Shown here piece after piece: positions 28,536-38,308 of a stretch of DNA of 64,000 nt. How positions within the stretch are numbered: the first letter of the stretch is position 1; each line of letters opens with the position of its first letter. The stretch is from assembly GCA_052145195.1 (NCBI GenBank), contig JBKQPC010000030.1:69398-133397 (forward strand). Direction: 5' to 3'. Origin of the DNA: Terracidiphilus sp. (lineage in GTDB: Bacteria; Acidobacteriota; Terriglobia; Terriglobales; Acidobacteriaceae). The notes below the pieces were generated by a model. That model did no database searches. It was not told where the DNA came from and saw only the letters and a list, made by a program, of their open reading frames with translations. The position numbers were made by a program, and so were the translations under genes.

Positions 28536-29246
28536 TTGAAACCCGTCCTTGCACGTACGCTGCGCGATTTTCAACACAACATTCTGGCCGGCATCATCAC
28601 CATCGGACCGCTAGCCATTACCTTCCTGATCTTTAAGTTTCTTCTCGACGAACTGGCTCAGGCCGGCTTGCCAGTAATCCAGTTTTTAGCGGCGATATTT
28701 CCGAAAGACTGGCTCCGCCATCCCGTCGTGCAACCGATTTTAGCCATCGTCCTGACCTTGGTGATGCTCTACGTGGTGGGCAAGGTTACACACCTGGTTA
28801 TCGGCCGCCAGGCATTTGAAATCTTCGAGGCGATGCTGGAGCGTTTGCCCTTTGTCGCCAAGATTTATACGTCAGTGCGCCAGTTGGTGGACAGCATGAT
28901 GGCCAAGAAGGACAGCAACCAGCGCGTGGTGCTGATCGACTTCCCCATGGCCGGCCAGAAGTCCATCGGGTTTCTGACACGCACCCTGACCGACGAGACC
29001 ACCGGCGAGCTGCTGGCCGCGGTGCTCGTGCCCAACGCCATCAACCCGACCTCGGCTTTTTTGCAGATACTGCCGATGGAGCGCGTCACGGAGACCGATC
29101 TGAACATGGAGCAGGCGATGAGCATGATCATGACCGGCGGAGCGGTGGGGCCGGAGAGCATTCTGTTTTCCCGCCCGGAGCTTGTGGCGGGAAAGCCCAC
29201 ACTTGCGTCAGTGAAAGTAGCTACGCCGCCTGCTCCCTCGGCATGA
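28536..29246 (+). CDS. DUF502 family membrane protein
   Basis: AGIITIGPLAIT, RLPFVAKIYTSVRQL, VVLIDFP and VPNAINPTSAFL; AGGAGG RBS before TTG. Confidence 0.85.
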   Translation: MKPVLARTLRDFQHNILAGIITIGPLAITFLIFKFLLDELAQAGLPVIQFLAAIFPKDWLRHPVVQPILAIVLTLVMLYVVGKVTHLVIGRQAFEIFEAMLERLPFVAKIYTSVRQLVDSMMAKKDSNQRVVLIDFPMAGQKSIGFLTRTLTDETTGELLAAVLVPNAINPTSAFLQILPMERVTETDLNMEQAMSMIMTGGAVGPESILFSRPELVAGKPTLASVKVATPPAPSA

Positions 29247-29281
29247 TCTTGGACAAAGAATTATTTCGCGGCAATTCACGA

Positions 29282-30340
29282 TTATCCGGCCGGCTTGCCG
29301 GCTTCCAACTCTTCTTCCGCGTGCTCGCTTTCGGCAGCCACCTTGCGCAGGCTAACGTGCTCGAAGCGCGCCCAGATGAGGCCCACGGGCACGATTCCCA
29401 GAAAGGTGACAACGAGCAAAGTGGCGGCGCAGGCGGTTGCTGCCTCGGCAGTCATGCCAAAGAGAGCTTGCAGGGTCAGCATGACCGCGCCTATCTGAGT
29501 AAACCAGCCAAGGACCGGCAACTGCACGAGACTTGCTGCCCCGCTGGAAACCATCAGCACCATGCACTTGGGCAAGGTGACAGAGGCCTGTTGTTGTGCA
29601 GGGACAAAGGCTTTAGTCCCAACAAGGTAGGTCACGGTGATAAGTCCCCACATCGCCAGGGAGAGCAGGGAGGCTATCGCAAAATCGGAGAACGAGCGAA
29701 GCGTATCCAGACCTTTATGGAAAGCGCGAATTTTATGTCCCACGGCCTGGCCCGCGCGCGGGGAGAATTTGCCAAAGATATTTTCCAGGAACCGGGCCAT
29801 CTTATCTCCTTGCAAACGCAGCGCCATCAAAAACAGGGCGCCTGCTATGGTGCCAGCCAGCCCACCAAAGCCAAATTTTCTGAAGGTCTCCGGATGCGGA
29901 AGTGTTCCGGCGGGAGCCAGTAAAATCACGGAGGAGAAAAGCACGGCCATTGCCCCGGCGTCGAAGAGGCGTTCCACGATGTAAACAGCGATTTGATTGC
30001 TAAGCGGCAAGCCGGTCTTTTTTGCGACCAGGTAAGGACGCACCGGGTCCGCAACCCGGCCGATCAGCGCGACCGCAGTAAAACCGATGACCTGTGTTCC
30101 CAGCAGCGAAAAGGGCGGCACCTTTTTGATGTGGCGGAGCAGAAAGGCCCAGCGCACGGAGCGAAAGACATAGCCAAGATAGATGCAGCCGAAGGCAATC
30201 GCAATTTTGCCCCAGTCGGCCAGAGCCAAATGCTCCACAAACGTATGCCAATGGAATGGATGTCGATGTTGTGCATAGACCCCCAGTGCAACCAGCGCCA
30301 AAAATACCACCGAACCCAGAATCAACTCGCGTTTCTTCAA
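29282..30340 (-). CDS. Lysylphosphatidylglycerol synthase TM / flippase-like (UPF0104) protein
   Basis: RSVRW, GRVADPVR and VERLFD motifs; multi-TM. Confidence 0.85.
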   Translation of the reverse strand: MKKRELILGSVVFLALVALGVYAQHRHPFHWHTFVEHLALADWGKIAIAFGCIYLGYVFRSVRWAFLLRHIKKVPPFSLLGTQVIGFTAVALIGRVADPVRPYLVAKKTGLPLSNQIAVYIVERLFDAGAMAVLFSSVILLAPAGTLPHPETFRKFGFGGLAGTIAGALFLMALRLQGDKMARFLENIFGKFSPRAGQAVGHKIRAFHKGLDTLRSFSDFAIASLLSLAMWGLITVTYLVGTKAFVPAQQQASVTLPKCMVLMVSSGAASLVQLPVLGWFTQIGAVMLTLQALFGMTAEAATACAATLLVVTFLGIVPVGLIWARFEHVSLRKVAAESEHAEEELEAGKPAG

Positions 30341-30452
30341 GACTTCTCCGTTCCCGTTGCATGAATCTTTCTTGAGTCTAATCTCTCACCCGTACATGAA
30401 GATAACGTTAGCGATCAGGCTTTTTCTGTGATACCGGCAAGGATACAGCTGC

Positions 30453-31199
30453 CTAACGGGCCAGCGCCGCCGCACGGCGAGCCACGGCTTCACGCGCCAG
30501 CACGCGGCGGTTGAACTCGTGAATCACGCGCGCCACATAGGCTCGCGTTTCGCGATAAGGCGGAATGCCGTGGTAGCGATCCACCGCATCTGGGCCGGCG
30601 TTATAGGCGGCCAAGGCCTTGGCCAGATTATTCTGGTAGCGCGTGAGCAACTGATCGAGGTAAGCCGCGCCGCCGCGCAGATTCTCGTCCGGCTTGAAGC
30701 TGTCCGCGACGCCCATGTCTTTGGCAGTCGCAGGCATCAGTTGCGTCAACCCACGGGCGCCAGCGCGGCTCACTGCGCGCGAATCGCCGCCGCTCTCGGC
30801 CTTCACGAGACTGGCGAGCAGGTCCACGTCGAGATTGTGCTCATGGCCGGCTTTGGTGAGCATCTCGCACAGGTCCGCCTGAGAGAGCTTTGCGTTTTGC
30901 CTGGAATGCTGTCTTGCGGCGGATGAATTGGAGATTGCGAGCGCGGCGGATTTGGGAGTGGGCGGCGGGTCTGGCAGCTTCTCAATCCCTGCAATCTCCT
31001 CAGGGCGTAACTCGATGTAGTTGTCCTCTCCGGCGCTGAGGTAGAGGCGTGTGCGGCCCGCGACTTCGGAGTGATGGTCGCAGCGCATCTCGAATCCGTT
31101 GCGCAGCGTGATGCGCTCGGCCGAGTGAGCGAGTGAGGACAAAGCTGTGAAAGCAGCGAGGGCTGCGATGAATCGGCGAATTGTGAGCTTACAACTCAA
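30453..31199 (-). CDS. Lytic transglycosylase (SLT domain)
   Basis: AESGG, AVSRAGARGLTQLMPATA, ALAAYNAG and IPPYRETRAYV. Confidence 0.92.
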   Translation of the reverse strand: MSCKLTIRRFIAALAAFTALSSLAHSAERITLRNGFEMRCDHHSEVAGRTRLYLSAGEDNYIELRPEEIAGIEKLPDPPPTPKSAALAISNSSAARQHSRQNAKLSQADLCEMLTKAGHEHNLDVDLLASLVKAESGGDSRAVSRAGARGLTQLMPATAKDMGVADSFKPDENLRGGAAYLDQLLTRYQNNLAKALAAYNAGPDAVDRYHGIPPYRETRAYVARVIHEFNRRVLAREAVARRAAALAR

Positions 31200-31218
31200 A
31201 AAACGAATCCCTCCGAGG

Positions 31219-32112
31219 CTAAAGCCCTATCCTACCTGCTGCTGCTGTGCGCTTGGCGATGGCGGCTTCCAGCACCACGGCCACGCCGTCCTGGTCGTTG
31301 GGCGGAGCCTGCTTCCAGCCGCGTGTCTTGGCCATCGTTCGCAATTCCTGAGCCGCATTGCCCATCATCACGCCCTGCCCGGCCCACTCCAGCATATCCA
31401 CATCGTTCCAGTTATCGCCGATGGCCATGGTCTCTTTGCGGTCCACGCCCAGCAAGGCAGCGAGTTTTTCGAGCACCCAGCCTTTGGAGACGCCCCGCGG
31501 CAGCAGGTCGAGAATGGAGATATCGCGCGCTGGATACTCGGTCTTGACACATTCGCACGAGTCGGCCCACTCGCTGGCCTTGATCGCCTGCTCGGCCTGG
31601 CGCATCTGGCTCACGCCGCCGCAAACCATGCCCTGAATGGGGTCTTCGCCGTCCACAAGCGCAGCTTCTAGCGGCTTGACCACTTCGATGGCGTTGCGGT
31701 TGGCCTCGACCCACAGGGCGATGCGCCCATTTGCCTGGGCGAGGTCCTCAAGCACCAGCTCGCCGCGACCCGGACGGTCAAAGGTGAAGACCAAAGCCCC
31801 GAAGGGCCGGAGCAACTGGCAGAGTCCGCGCGCGGTTTGAGACGGGAGCTGGCAGCGTGCCAGAGTGTCTCCGCCCAGTGTGCGAACCGCTGCCCCATTG
31901 GACGTGATGAGGGGCGTATCCGCTCTAAGGCCGAGGCCTTCGAGCAGCGGAGTGGTGTAGGCCGTGCGGCGGCCGGTGGCGATGGCCACGGTGATGCCGG
32001 TCTCTTGCGCCGCCTTGAGCGCCCGAGCCGTGCGCGGAGTGATGACCTGCGCAAAAGTGGGCAGCAGCGTGCCGTCCATGTCGATGGCCACCAGGCGAAC
32101 GGGAGGGTGCAT
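31219..32112 (-). CDS. Cof-type HAD hydrolase
   Basis: DMDGTLL, ATGR, SNGA, VSKG and GDNWND motifs. Confidence 0.92.
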   Translation of the reverse strand: MHPPVRLVAIDMDGTLLPTFAQVITPRTARALKAAQETGITVAIATGRRTAYTTPLLEGLGLRADTPLITSNGAAVRTLGGDTLARCQLPSQTARGLCQLLRPFGALVFTFDRPGRGELVLEDLAQANGRIALWVEANRNAIEVVKPLEAALVDGEDPIQGMVCGGVSQMRQAEQAIKASEWADSCECVKTEYPARDISILDLLPRGVSKGWVLEKLAALLGVDRKETMAIGDNWNDVDMLEWAGQGVMMGNAAQELRTMAKTRGWKQAPPNDQDGVAVVLEAAIAKRTAAAGRIGL

Positions 32113-32165
32113 AGCTTTAGTGTAGCTTGTGCGAAGAAGCGGCTGAATCCGGTAATCTTGGAGAT

Positions 32166-32369
32166 ATGGAACGGATTTGCAGCCAGTGCCGGGCGGTGCT
32201 CGGTGAAAAGACCGTGGCGGATTGGTGCCCTGCTTGCGGAGGGGCGTTGATCGAGCGAGCCAGCCTGCCTGCTGTCAGCGAAACCGGAGTGCCTGCAGCA
32301 GAGGTCGATCATCGCGGCATCGTGCTGCCACGGCGTCATGCAGTGGGCGGGATTATTACGCCGCAGTGA
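32166..32369 (+). CDS. Small Zn-ribbon protein (67 aa)
   Basis: GGAG RBS; CSQC...WCPACGG. Confidence 0.55.
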   Translation: MERICSQCRAVLGEKTVADWCPACGGALIERASLPAVSETGVPAAEVDHRGIVLPRRHAVGGIITPQ

Positions 32370-32396
32370 GGATGTGCGGTCGTAGAATCGAATGAA

Positions 32397-32825
32397 TCAG
32401 GCACTCGTATTGAGCCCAACTGCTTCGGCTAACTTGGCCTGCCTATCATCGAAGGTCCAGAATCGTTCCGCCTTCAACTCCAGTGCGCAGGCAACGTGCA
32501 GCGAGTCCAATGTACGGACGCCGAATGTAGGTCCATATTTACGGGCAATATCGATGTTGGTTTCCCATGCTTGATGAGGAAACTCTACAGGGGTCCACAG
32601 GCCGGAGAGGTAGTCGCGCTGGAATTCTCCCCATACTTTCTGCGCTTCAACGAGAGTGAGCCGATTCAGAAAGACTTGTTGATAAATCGCGTTAGCCAGT
32701 TCCGCGTGGTTGAAGGGCGTGATCCAGATGGAGAAGCCGAGAGCTATGCACTGGTCTACGCGTGTTGAGTGCGCATCCGTGATGTAGCTCGAAACCAGAA
32801 AGCTCGAATCGACATAGGCGTTCAA
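32397..32825 (-). CDS. vapC: VapC PIN-domain toxin
   Basis: YVDSSFLV, E at about aa 40, RTLDSLHVACA and TFDDRQ. Confidence 0.9.
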   Translation of the reverse strand: MNAYVDSSFLVSSYITDAHSTRVDQCIALGFSIWITPFNHAELANAIYQQVFLNRLTLVEAQKVWGEFQRDYLSGLWTPVEFPHQAWETNIDIARKYGPTFGVRTLDSLHVACALELKAERFWTFDDRQAKLAEAVGLNTSA

Positions 32826-33067
32826 TAGCGGCTATTCTCCCGGTCAGCAATAAGATCGGCAACTGGGGTCAGGACGCGGTCTCCAAAGATTGCCCGGCGG
32901 CGGGCGGCGAAGTTCGGCCACTCGACGGGGCGTGGCTTCGGGGGAGTTCGCGGCACCAGATCGCCTAACACCTCGTTCCGCTCACGGACTTCAATCTGCA
33001 CACCGGCCCTGAGCCAGGCTTTGACCTGACGAGTATCACGAAGTTGTCTAAGGGTGATGCTTTGCAT
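32822..33067 (-). CDS. Phd/YefM-like antitoxin of the VapC module
   Basis: MQSITLRQLR...G-x-x-I-x-V-x-x-R; 4-nt overlap with vapC. Confidence 0.8.
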   Translation of the reverse strand: MQSITLRQLRDTRQVKAWLRAGVQIEVRERNEVLGDLVPRTPPKPRPVEWPNFAARRRAIFGDRVLTPVADLIADRENSRY

Positions 33068-33072
33068 ACTTT

Positions 33073-33104
33073 ATAATGTGACACATTATGTGGCACATTG
33101 TCAA
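33073..33104 (-). promoter_or_regulatory. vapBC promoter with two palindromic operators
   Basis: TTGACA (33099-33104, minus); ATAATGTG-A-CACATTAT and ATGTG-G-CACAT. Confidence 0.75.
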
Positions 33105-33202
33105 GGGGTTTGGTCCGCCGAAGGTTTGTTATTCTGCTTCTAATTACTCAGTATTCGTTTTACTTACCGATTACTTAATAATCGATTTAGAATCAAGAAG
33201 CG

Positions 33203-33496
33203 ATGTCTATCCCACTAAACCCAGAATCTGAAAAACTCGTTACACGGGCGCTCGCAGAACTGAAAGAGCGCAATGTGATACACAACGATTGCCCGCGGTG
33301 CGATACGTTCGATTGGAACGTCGAGCCTATCGCCATCGGTGTGATCCCGCTTCGCGGAATCCCAGCTTCTCTTCCGCTTTCATACTGGCCCGGTCAAATC
33401 AATGCAATTCAGTTTGTATGCAAGAAATGCGGCTACACTATGTTTCACAACCTCAACATCCTCGGCCTGGCGAAGCCGCCAGAAGAGAGGTATTGA
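33203..33496 (+). CDS. Hypothetical Zn-ribbon protein
   Basis: CPRC...CKKCGYTMF; lower GC; TAGAAT upstream. Confidence 0.7.
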   Translation: MSIPLNPESEKLVTRALAELKERNVIHNDCPRCDTFDWNVEPIAIGVIPLRGIPASLPLSYWPGQINAIQFVCKKCGYTMFHNLNILGLAKPPEERY

Positions 33497-33505
33497 ACCA
33501 AACAA

Positions 33506-33952
33506 ATGAATGCACCGGAAAAGCCAGAACGTAACACCGAAACTGACGCGCCGAGCGGCAGCGGGTTCGTAGCCCAATATTCGCTCGTCGAACGGCTCCC
33601 CGCCGAGGTCGTCCCTACAATATCGCGATTGGAATTTCAGGCCTTGCAGGGCGGCGAAGTCAGCACAATTCGAGCCGGTCGTGACCTATGCATAGGAATA
33701 GCCTTTAGCGCCTTGTTCGGCTCCATAGGACTTTGTTTCACAATCGATTGGGACGCCAGCTTTCATCTGGCCCACTGGAAACCATTCATCTGGACTGGTT
33801 TGATGTTTGCGATTACTGCTGCCTCAACAGTAGGCGCGGTGATTTATGGGCTCCGCTACAATACTACACTCAATTGCTCAGTCTATTCAACGACCATGAA
33901 GAGATTGACGGACCATTTTTCCAAACAAGAGTCGCGCACTCCACCAGAATAA
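33506..33952 (+). CDS. Hypothetical 2-TM protein
   Basis: Two hydrophobic helices (about aa 61-80 and 94-116); 9 nt downstream of the Zn-ribbon gene. Confidence 0.7.
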   Translation: MNAPEKPERNTETDAPSGSGFVAQYSLVERLPAEVVPTISRLEFQALQGGEVSTIRAGRDLCIGIAFSALFGSIGLCFTIDWDASFHLAHWKPFIWTGLMFAITAASTVGAVIYGLRYNTTLNCSVYSTTMKRLTDHFSKQESRTPPE

Positions 33953-33991
33953 CTTTCAAATCGGGAACTAACCCCCACGCCTTTCAACTAG

Positions 33992-35266
33992 TTATTCGTA
34001 CCGCAGCGCCTCAGCCGGCAGAATGCGCGAAGCAGCCGACGACGGATAGAGCGTGGCCAGCAGCGAAATGCCTATCGAAACTACGGAGACGATAATGCCA
34101 TCGAGCGGGCGCGGGGCGAAGGGCAGCGTGTCAATCGAATAAACTTCTGCGGATAAGTGGATGAAGTGATAGTGTCCGCCGGCCCATGCGGTGAGATAGC
34201 CGAGCACTAAGCCAACAGCCGTGCCGATGATGCTGATGAGGAAGCCTTGCAGCAGGAAGATGCGGCGGACCTGCGCCGGCTGGACGCCGAAGCTCATCAT
34301 GACGGCGATGTCGCGCGTCTTTTCCATCACCATCATGGTGAGGGCAATGAGAATGTTGAGCGCGGCGACAATAACGATGAGAGCAATGATGATGAAGGTG
34401 ACCACCTGCTCCAGCTTGAGGGCGCGGAAGAGCTCACGGTTCTGCTCCATCCAGTTGGAGGTCATAAAGCCGCGTCCGGCCTCGTGCTCAATGGCGCGGC
34501 CGATGGCGGGAGCGCGGTCCAGATCGTCCACCTTGAAGCTGATAACGGAGAGCAGGTCGGGCTCGCTGAAGAGGCGCTGAGCTTCAGAGAGGCGCATGAA
34601 GGCCATGGCCGAGTCGTATTGATAAAACCCTGACTGAAAGATGGCGGCGACGCGGAAGCGCTGGTATTTGGGCGCGAGGCCGAGCGGAGTCAGTTCGCCC
34701 TGCGGGCTGGTGACAAGAACGCTGTCGCCCACCTGCGCGCCGATGGTTTCAGCAAGGTTTTTGCCAATCACCAGGGCTGGGTATGGCGCGTTGATCCAGG
34801 CTTCGCCGGGAACCGTTTGCGCGAGCTTGTTGCGCGCCTCCGGTTCAAGATCTTTGGCCGAGCCGGAGGTGATGGTGCCGAGCAGGCTGCTGACGGTGCG
34901 CTCCTCGTCAGGGATGATACCCTTGATGAGCGCGAAGCCGGCGCGAGGGCCGCGCGAGACCAGCACCTGCCCGTAGATTCCCGGCGCGGCGGCGGAGACG
35001 TGGGGAACGCGGCGCAGGCGGGCGAGCAGCGGCTGCCAATCGCGAATGCCGTCGGCCTCGACGCGCATCAGGTCCACGTGGGCCGAGACACCGAGTAGAC
35101 GCCCCTGGAGGTCTTGCCTCATGCCGTTGGTGATGGCCAGGGCGATGATGAGCGCAGCCACGCCCGCGGCCACTCCGGCGATGGAGATGATGGTGACTAC
35201 GCCCACCATGGCTTGCCGCCGCTTGGCCTTCAGATACCGGGTTGCCACGTACAGCTCGAAGAACAT
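33992..35266 (-). CDS. lolC: Lipoprotein-releasing ABC permease LolC/E
   Basis: RYLKAKRRQ, GVAALIIALA, EKTRDIAVM and YPSSAASRILPAEALRYE. Confidence 0.88.
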   Translation of the reverse strand: MFFELYVATRYLKAKRRQAMVGVVTIISIAGVAAGVAALIIALAITNGMRQDLQGRLLGVSAHVDLMRVEADGIRDWQPLLARLRRVPHVSAAAPGIYGQVLVSRGPRAGFALIKGIIPDEERTVSSLLGTITSGSAKDLEPEARNKLAQTVPGEAWINAPYPALVIGKNLAETIGAQVGDSVLVTSPQGELTPLGLAPKYQRFRVAAIFQSGFYQYDSAMAFMRLSEAQRLFSEPDLLSVISFKVDDLDRAPAIGRAIEHEAGRGFMTSNWMEQNRELFRALKLEQVVTFIIIALIVIVAALNILIALTMMVMEKTRDIAVMMSFGVQPAQVRRIFLLQGFLISIIGTAVGLVLGYLTAWAGGHYHFIHLSAEVYSIDTLPFAPRPLDGIIVSVVSIGISLLATLYPSSAASRILPAEALRYE

Positions 35267-35302
35267 TGAATCTATTCTACTTGCGCGACTGCTTCTTCTG
35301 AC

Positions 35303-37759
35303 TTATTTCTCTTCCGCGGCAATCACCGTCTTGGCCACGCCCACGTTGTCGTGCCGGTCGTAGACGCGGACGGTAATCAGATGCTCGCTGATCTTGCCCG
35401 CGACTACATCCAGGAAGATGCGCAACTCGTAGTGCTCGCGCTTTGAGTCGGAGATGCGGCCGACCGGCTCGATGTACTGCCAGGGACCGGCATCGAGCGA
35501 GTACTCGGCGCGGGCGATGGGCGAGAAGGCATCTTCGGCGTCGAAGCTAACGCGGAACGGCCGGGGACAATGGCTGCCTTCGCAGTCCACAGGCTCTCCA
35601 GTTGCCTTGAATGCGGAGACGACCGGCGGCGTGGTGTCCACCTCGAAGCGCTCGCTAATTTTGTCGCCGGTGAGGGCGTCGCCGGGGGTGTGCGAGGGCG
35701 CGTCGGAGGCGGCGACCTTGACCTGATAGCCTCCATCGGGAATCTGTGTGGCGTCAAAGCTGTAAGCCTTGTCGCGGAGGTTGTCCTTGAGCAGCCGCCA
35801 GACGGTTTCGCCGTCTCCGCGCAGATAGAGGGAGTAGATCAGCTCGTCGCCGTTGTCGTCGTGCGCCGCCCAGCGAACGGTGATGGCGGTGCGGTCTTTG
35901 GCGGCCTGCAAGGGAGCGTTTGCGCCGGCATCGAAGCTCATTCCGGCATTCTGGCCGGAGGAGGGAAAGGCGATGTTTACTGTGGCTGGCTGACCGGCGG
36001 GCTGATTCTGGCCGCTCCAGCGCGCTCCGGGCGCAACCACCAGATCGTCTATCACCGGAGCGGAGTTGACTGGCAGGTAGTTGACTCCTACGCCGCCCAA
36101 CGAGCCATTTGGATGGAGCACAGCCTTCCATTGCAGGAAGCGGCCAGCGGGCGAGGCCACTGCGCCGTCGCGGAGCGGCTGCCAATCGGACCAGCCCCAA
36201 TCAGCGCGGCTTTCGCCATTGCGGCCACGGGCGGGCCGCTCTACGTTGCCGGTGCGGGTCAGCAATTCGTAATTGGCCGAGCCGGGCTCGACTTCAACGC
36301 GGCCAAAACGGGCCAACGCGCCGGCATCCAGCACGTCGCTGGCGTATTCATGCTTGTCATTGGTTGACCGAAGTGTAAAAAGCTTGCCGGTGTTGCCCGT
36401 GCCGATGAGTAGGTTGTCCGGCTGGCCTTTTGCGGCGGGGACGACGGCCAGACTCAGGCCCTGCTGCGCCTCCAGGTGGGCGATGTCGGCGTAGCTGCCG
36501 TCGTCGACAATGCGGAAGACGCGGCCGCGATTGCCGGTGAGAACGAGTATGCCTTCAGCCTGCGCGGCCAGAGCGTAAACGATTTCGTCTTTGCCGGACC
36601 AGAGCTTGCGCGGCGCCTGAGACGAATTACCAACGGCAGGCGGCAGCGCGTAAATCTCGCTTCCCTCGGGCACCGAGGCGCTGGTGTTGGCCGCCTGCAG
36701 CGAGCCGGGCTGCATGATGGTCATCATGCCGCCCATTCCAGGTCCCTGCACATTCAGCGGCGGCAGAGGGTTGCGGCTCTTGTCGCCAACGCTGGCCGCG
36801 TAGATGGTTCCGTTGGCGGCCACTGCGACCGCAGTTATCTCGCGGCGCGGCGCCTCAAAGAGTACGTATCCTTTGCCTTGAGGACTGATGCGATAGATCA
36901 GACCGGAGCCGTCGGTGCCGGCGATCAGGTTGCCCTGCGCGTCCCAGGCAAGGGAGCGAATGTGCTGCTCATCGCTCTTGAAGAAGGCTTCGGGCTTGGC
37001 GTTGGGCTTGGCCCCCGTCCTATCCAGTTCGACTCGGTAAATGGCTCCCGGTCCGCCAGTGGCGATGTAAAGCCGACCGGCTGAGTCGAAAGTCATGTCC
37101 CAGATGTAGTGCGATTTTGCTGCGGGTTTTTCCGGACTCTGTGTCTTGTCGGCTGTCGGTTTGGCGTCGCTGGCCTTAGTGTCGCTTGCTTTGCCTGAAT
37201 CCTTGCCGTCGGCAGCTTTACCCGGGGCCATGACTTCGCCCGCCGTTGAGTCGTCCAGCTTGGCTGCATCAAAGATGAGTTCAGCGCTGGCCTCGTCCTG
37301 CTTGACCGTCGCGTCGGGCTTGAGCCTAAAAACCTTGCCGCTGAGCAGCGTGGCGGCGTAGAGCGCGCCATCCGGACCGAAGCGGACGACCTGGACGGAG
37401 AGATCTTTGCTCTCGAAGAGCGTGAAGGGCTTGCCATCTGCGGCAATGCGTAGCACAGTGGCTGGCGAGGCGGTTCCCACATAGGCTGTGCCGAATTTGT
37501 CCACGGCAACCGACCAGACGTAGGTGGAGGGCGTGGTGGCCACCTCAGTCAAGCTCGGCCCCTCGTGCAGATGACCGTCGCTGGTAAGCGCGACCCCTTG
37601 CGGCGTACCTTTTTCAAACTCCTCCAGCCGCGACTGGGTCCAAAGGTGCGTGCCTTGTGCGGACGCGTGCAGCGAGACAACGGCCATTGCGGCCACGGAC
37701 AGCGCGGAGAGACGGAATGCAGAACGGGAGCAGCGAGTCGTACGGAAGGAAAGTAACAT
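35303..37759 (-). CDS. Exported beta-propeller protein with C-terminal Ig/FnIII-like domain
   Basis: Signal peptide; repeated YVWSVA/YIWDMT/HIRSLA blades with G-x-x-G-x-I-Y-R; W-x-A-x-D-x-NGD, DGGY and DTTPP. Confidence 0.8.
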   Translation of the reverse strand: MLLSFRTTRCSRSAFRLSALSVAAMAVVSLHASAQGTHLWTQSRLEEFEKGTPQGVALTSDGHLHEGPSLTEVATTPSTYVWSVAVDKFGTAYVGTASPATVLRIAADGKPFTLFESKDLSVQVVRFGPDGALYAATLLSGKVFRLKPDATVKQDEASAELIFDAAKLDDSTAGEVMAPGKAADGKDSGKASDTKASDAKPTADKTQSPEKPAAKSHYIWDMTFDSAGRLYIATGGPGAIYRVELDRTGAKPNAKPEAFFKSDEQHIRSLAWDAQGNLIAGTDGSGLIYRISPQGKGYVLFEAPRREITAVAVAANGTIYAASVGDKSRNPLPPLNVQGPGMGGMMTIMQPGSLQAANTSASVPEGSEIYALPPAVGNSSQAPRKLWSGKDEIVYALAAQAEGILVLTGNRGRVFRIVDDGSYADIAHLEAQQGLSLAVVPAAKGQPDNLLIGTGNTGKLFTLRSTNDKHEYASDVLDAGALARFGRVEVEPGSANYELLTRTGNVERPARGRNGESRADWGWSDWQPLRDGAVASPAGRFLQWKAVLHPNGSLGGVGVNYLPVNSAPVIDDLVVAPGARWSGQNQPAGQPATVNIAFPSSGQNAGMSFDAGANAPLQAAKDRTAITVRWAAHDDNGDELIYSLYLRGDGETVWRLLKDNLRDKAYSFDATQIPDGGYQVKVAASDAPSHTPGDALTGDKISERFEVDTTPPVVSAFKATGEPVDCEGSHCPRPFRVSFDAEDAFSPIARAEYSLDAGPWQYIEPVGRISDSKREHYELRIFLDVVAGKISEHLITVRVYDRHDNVGVAKTVIAAEEK

Positions 37760-37927
37760 TCTGCGGTTGAGTTTACTAAAACTGACTGAGAAGGGGCATA
37801 TTACCGGTAGGGGTAACGAGTGGTACGCCGCGCAGAGAATCCGTCCAAGAAGTGGTAGGTCAAGGCTTCACAGGCTGCGGAAAAACGCATTCTTGGCTGT
37901 CGCACCCGTGCCGCAAGATTTCAACAA

Positions 37928-37971
37928 GCAGGTCCTTCGACTCCGCTACGCTACGCTCCGCTCAGGATGAC
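37928..37971. repeat. GCAGGTCCTTCGACT...GCTCAGGATGAC REP-like element
   Basis: GTCCTTCG...CTCAGGATGAC imperfect hairpin with internal CGCTA/CGCTC repeats. Confidence 0.6.
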
Positions 37972-37997
37972 GGGGTACCCCCACCCATACTTTGGGC

Positions 37998-38095
37998 GCA
38001 AGATCCTTGTTTTCTTTAGGTTGCAGACAGGGTTACGCTGCAAAATATTGAAAACAATGAAGTTCCCTGCAAAATATTCCAGGATATGGAGTTAC
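37998..38095. repeat. Three 27-bp imperfect repeats GCAA(G/A)AT...GTTNC
   Basis: Units at 37998-38024, 38040-38066 and 38069-38095. Confidence 0.55.
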
Positions 38096-38264
38096 GGGTT
38101 GTTTCGGCTTCTGTTGGCAGTTTTCGGCCGAAAGGCGGCATGAAGAGGACGCACCGCGACGATGTTAGAAGGAATACTTCTGAGGATCATTGTGCGACAA
38201 AGTTGGGAAATAATCTGCAAGGACTGGCCGTCCAGGCAGACGGCGCTTGCGCGCTATGAGGTTC

Positions 38265-38308
38265 GTGGTATCCCAGGTCCCCGAATGCGAGGAACCTGTG
38301 GCATCCGG
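38265..38308. repeat. REP-like palindrome
   Basis: GTGGTATCCCAGGTCC...GGAACCTGTGGCATCCGG. Confidence 0.6.

Noticed and set aside
32352-32368. Possible displaced copy of the lolC 3' end (TTATT..CCGCAG) bounding the VapBC/Zn-ribbon insert
   Set aside because: Match too short and gapped to distinguish from chance
37998-38095. Mini CRISPR array
   Set aside because: Units are divergent, gaps are 15 and 2 nt, and there are no cas genes
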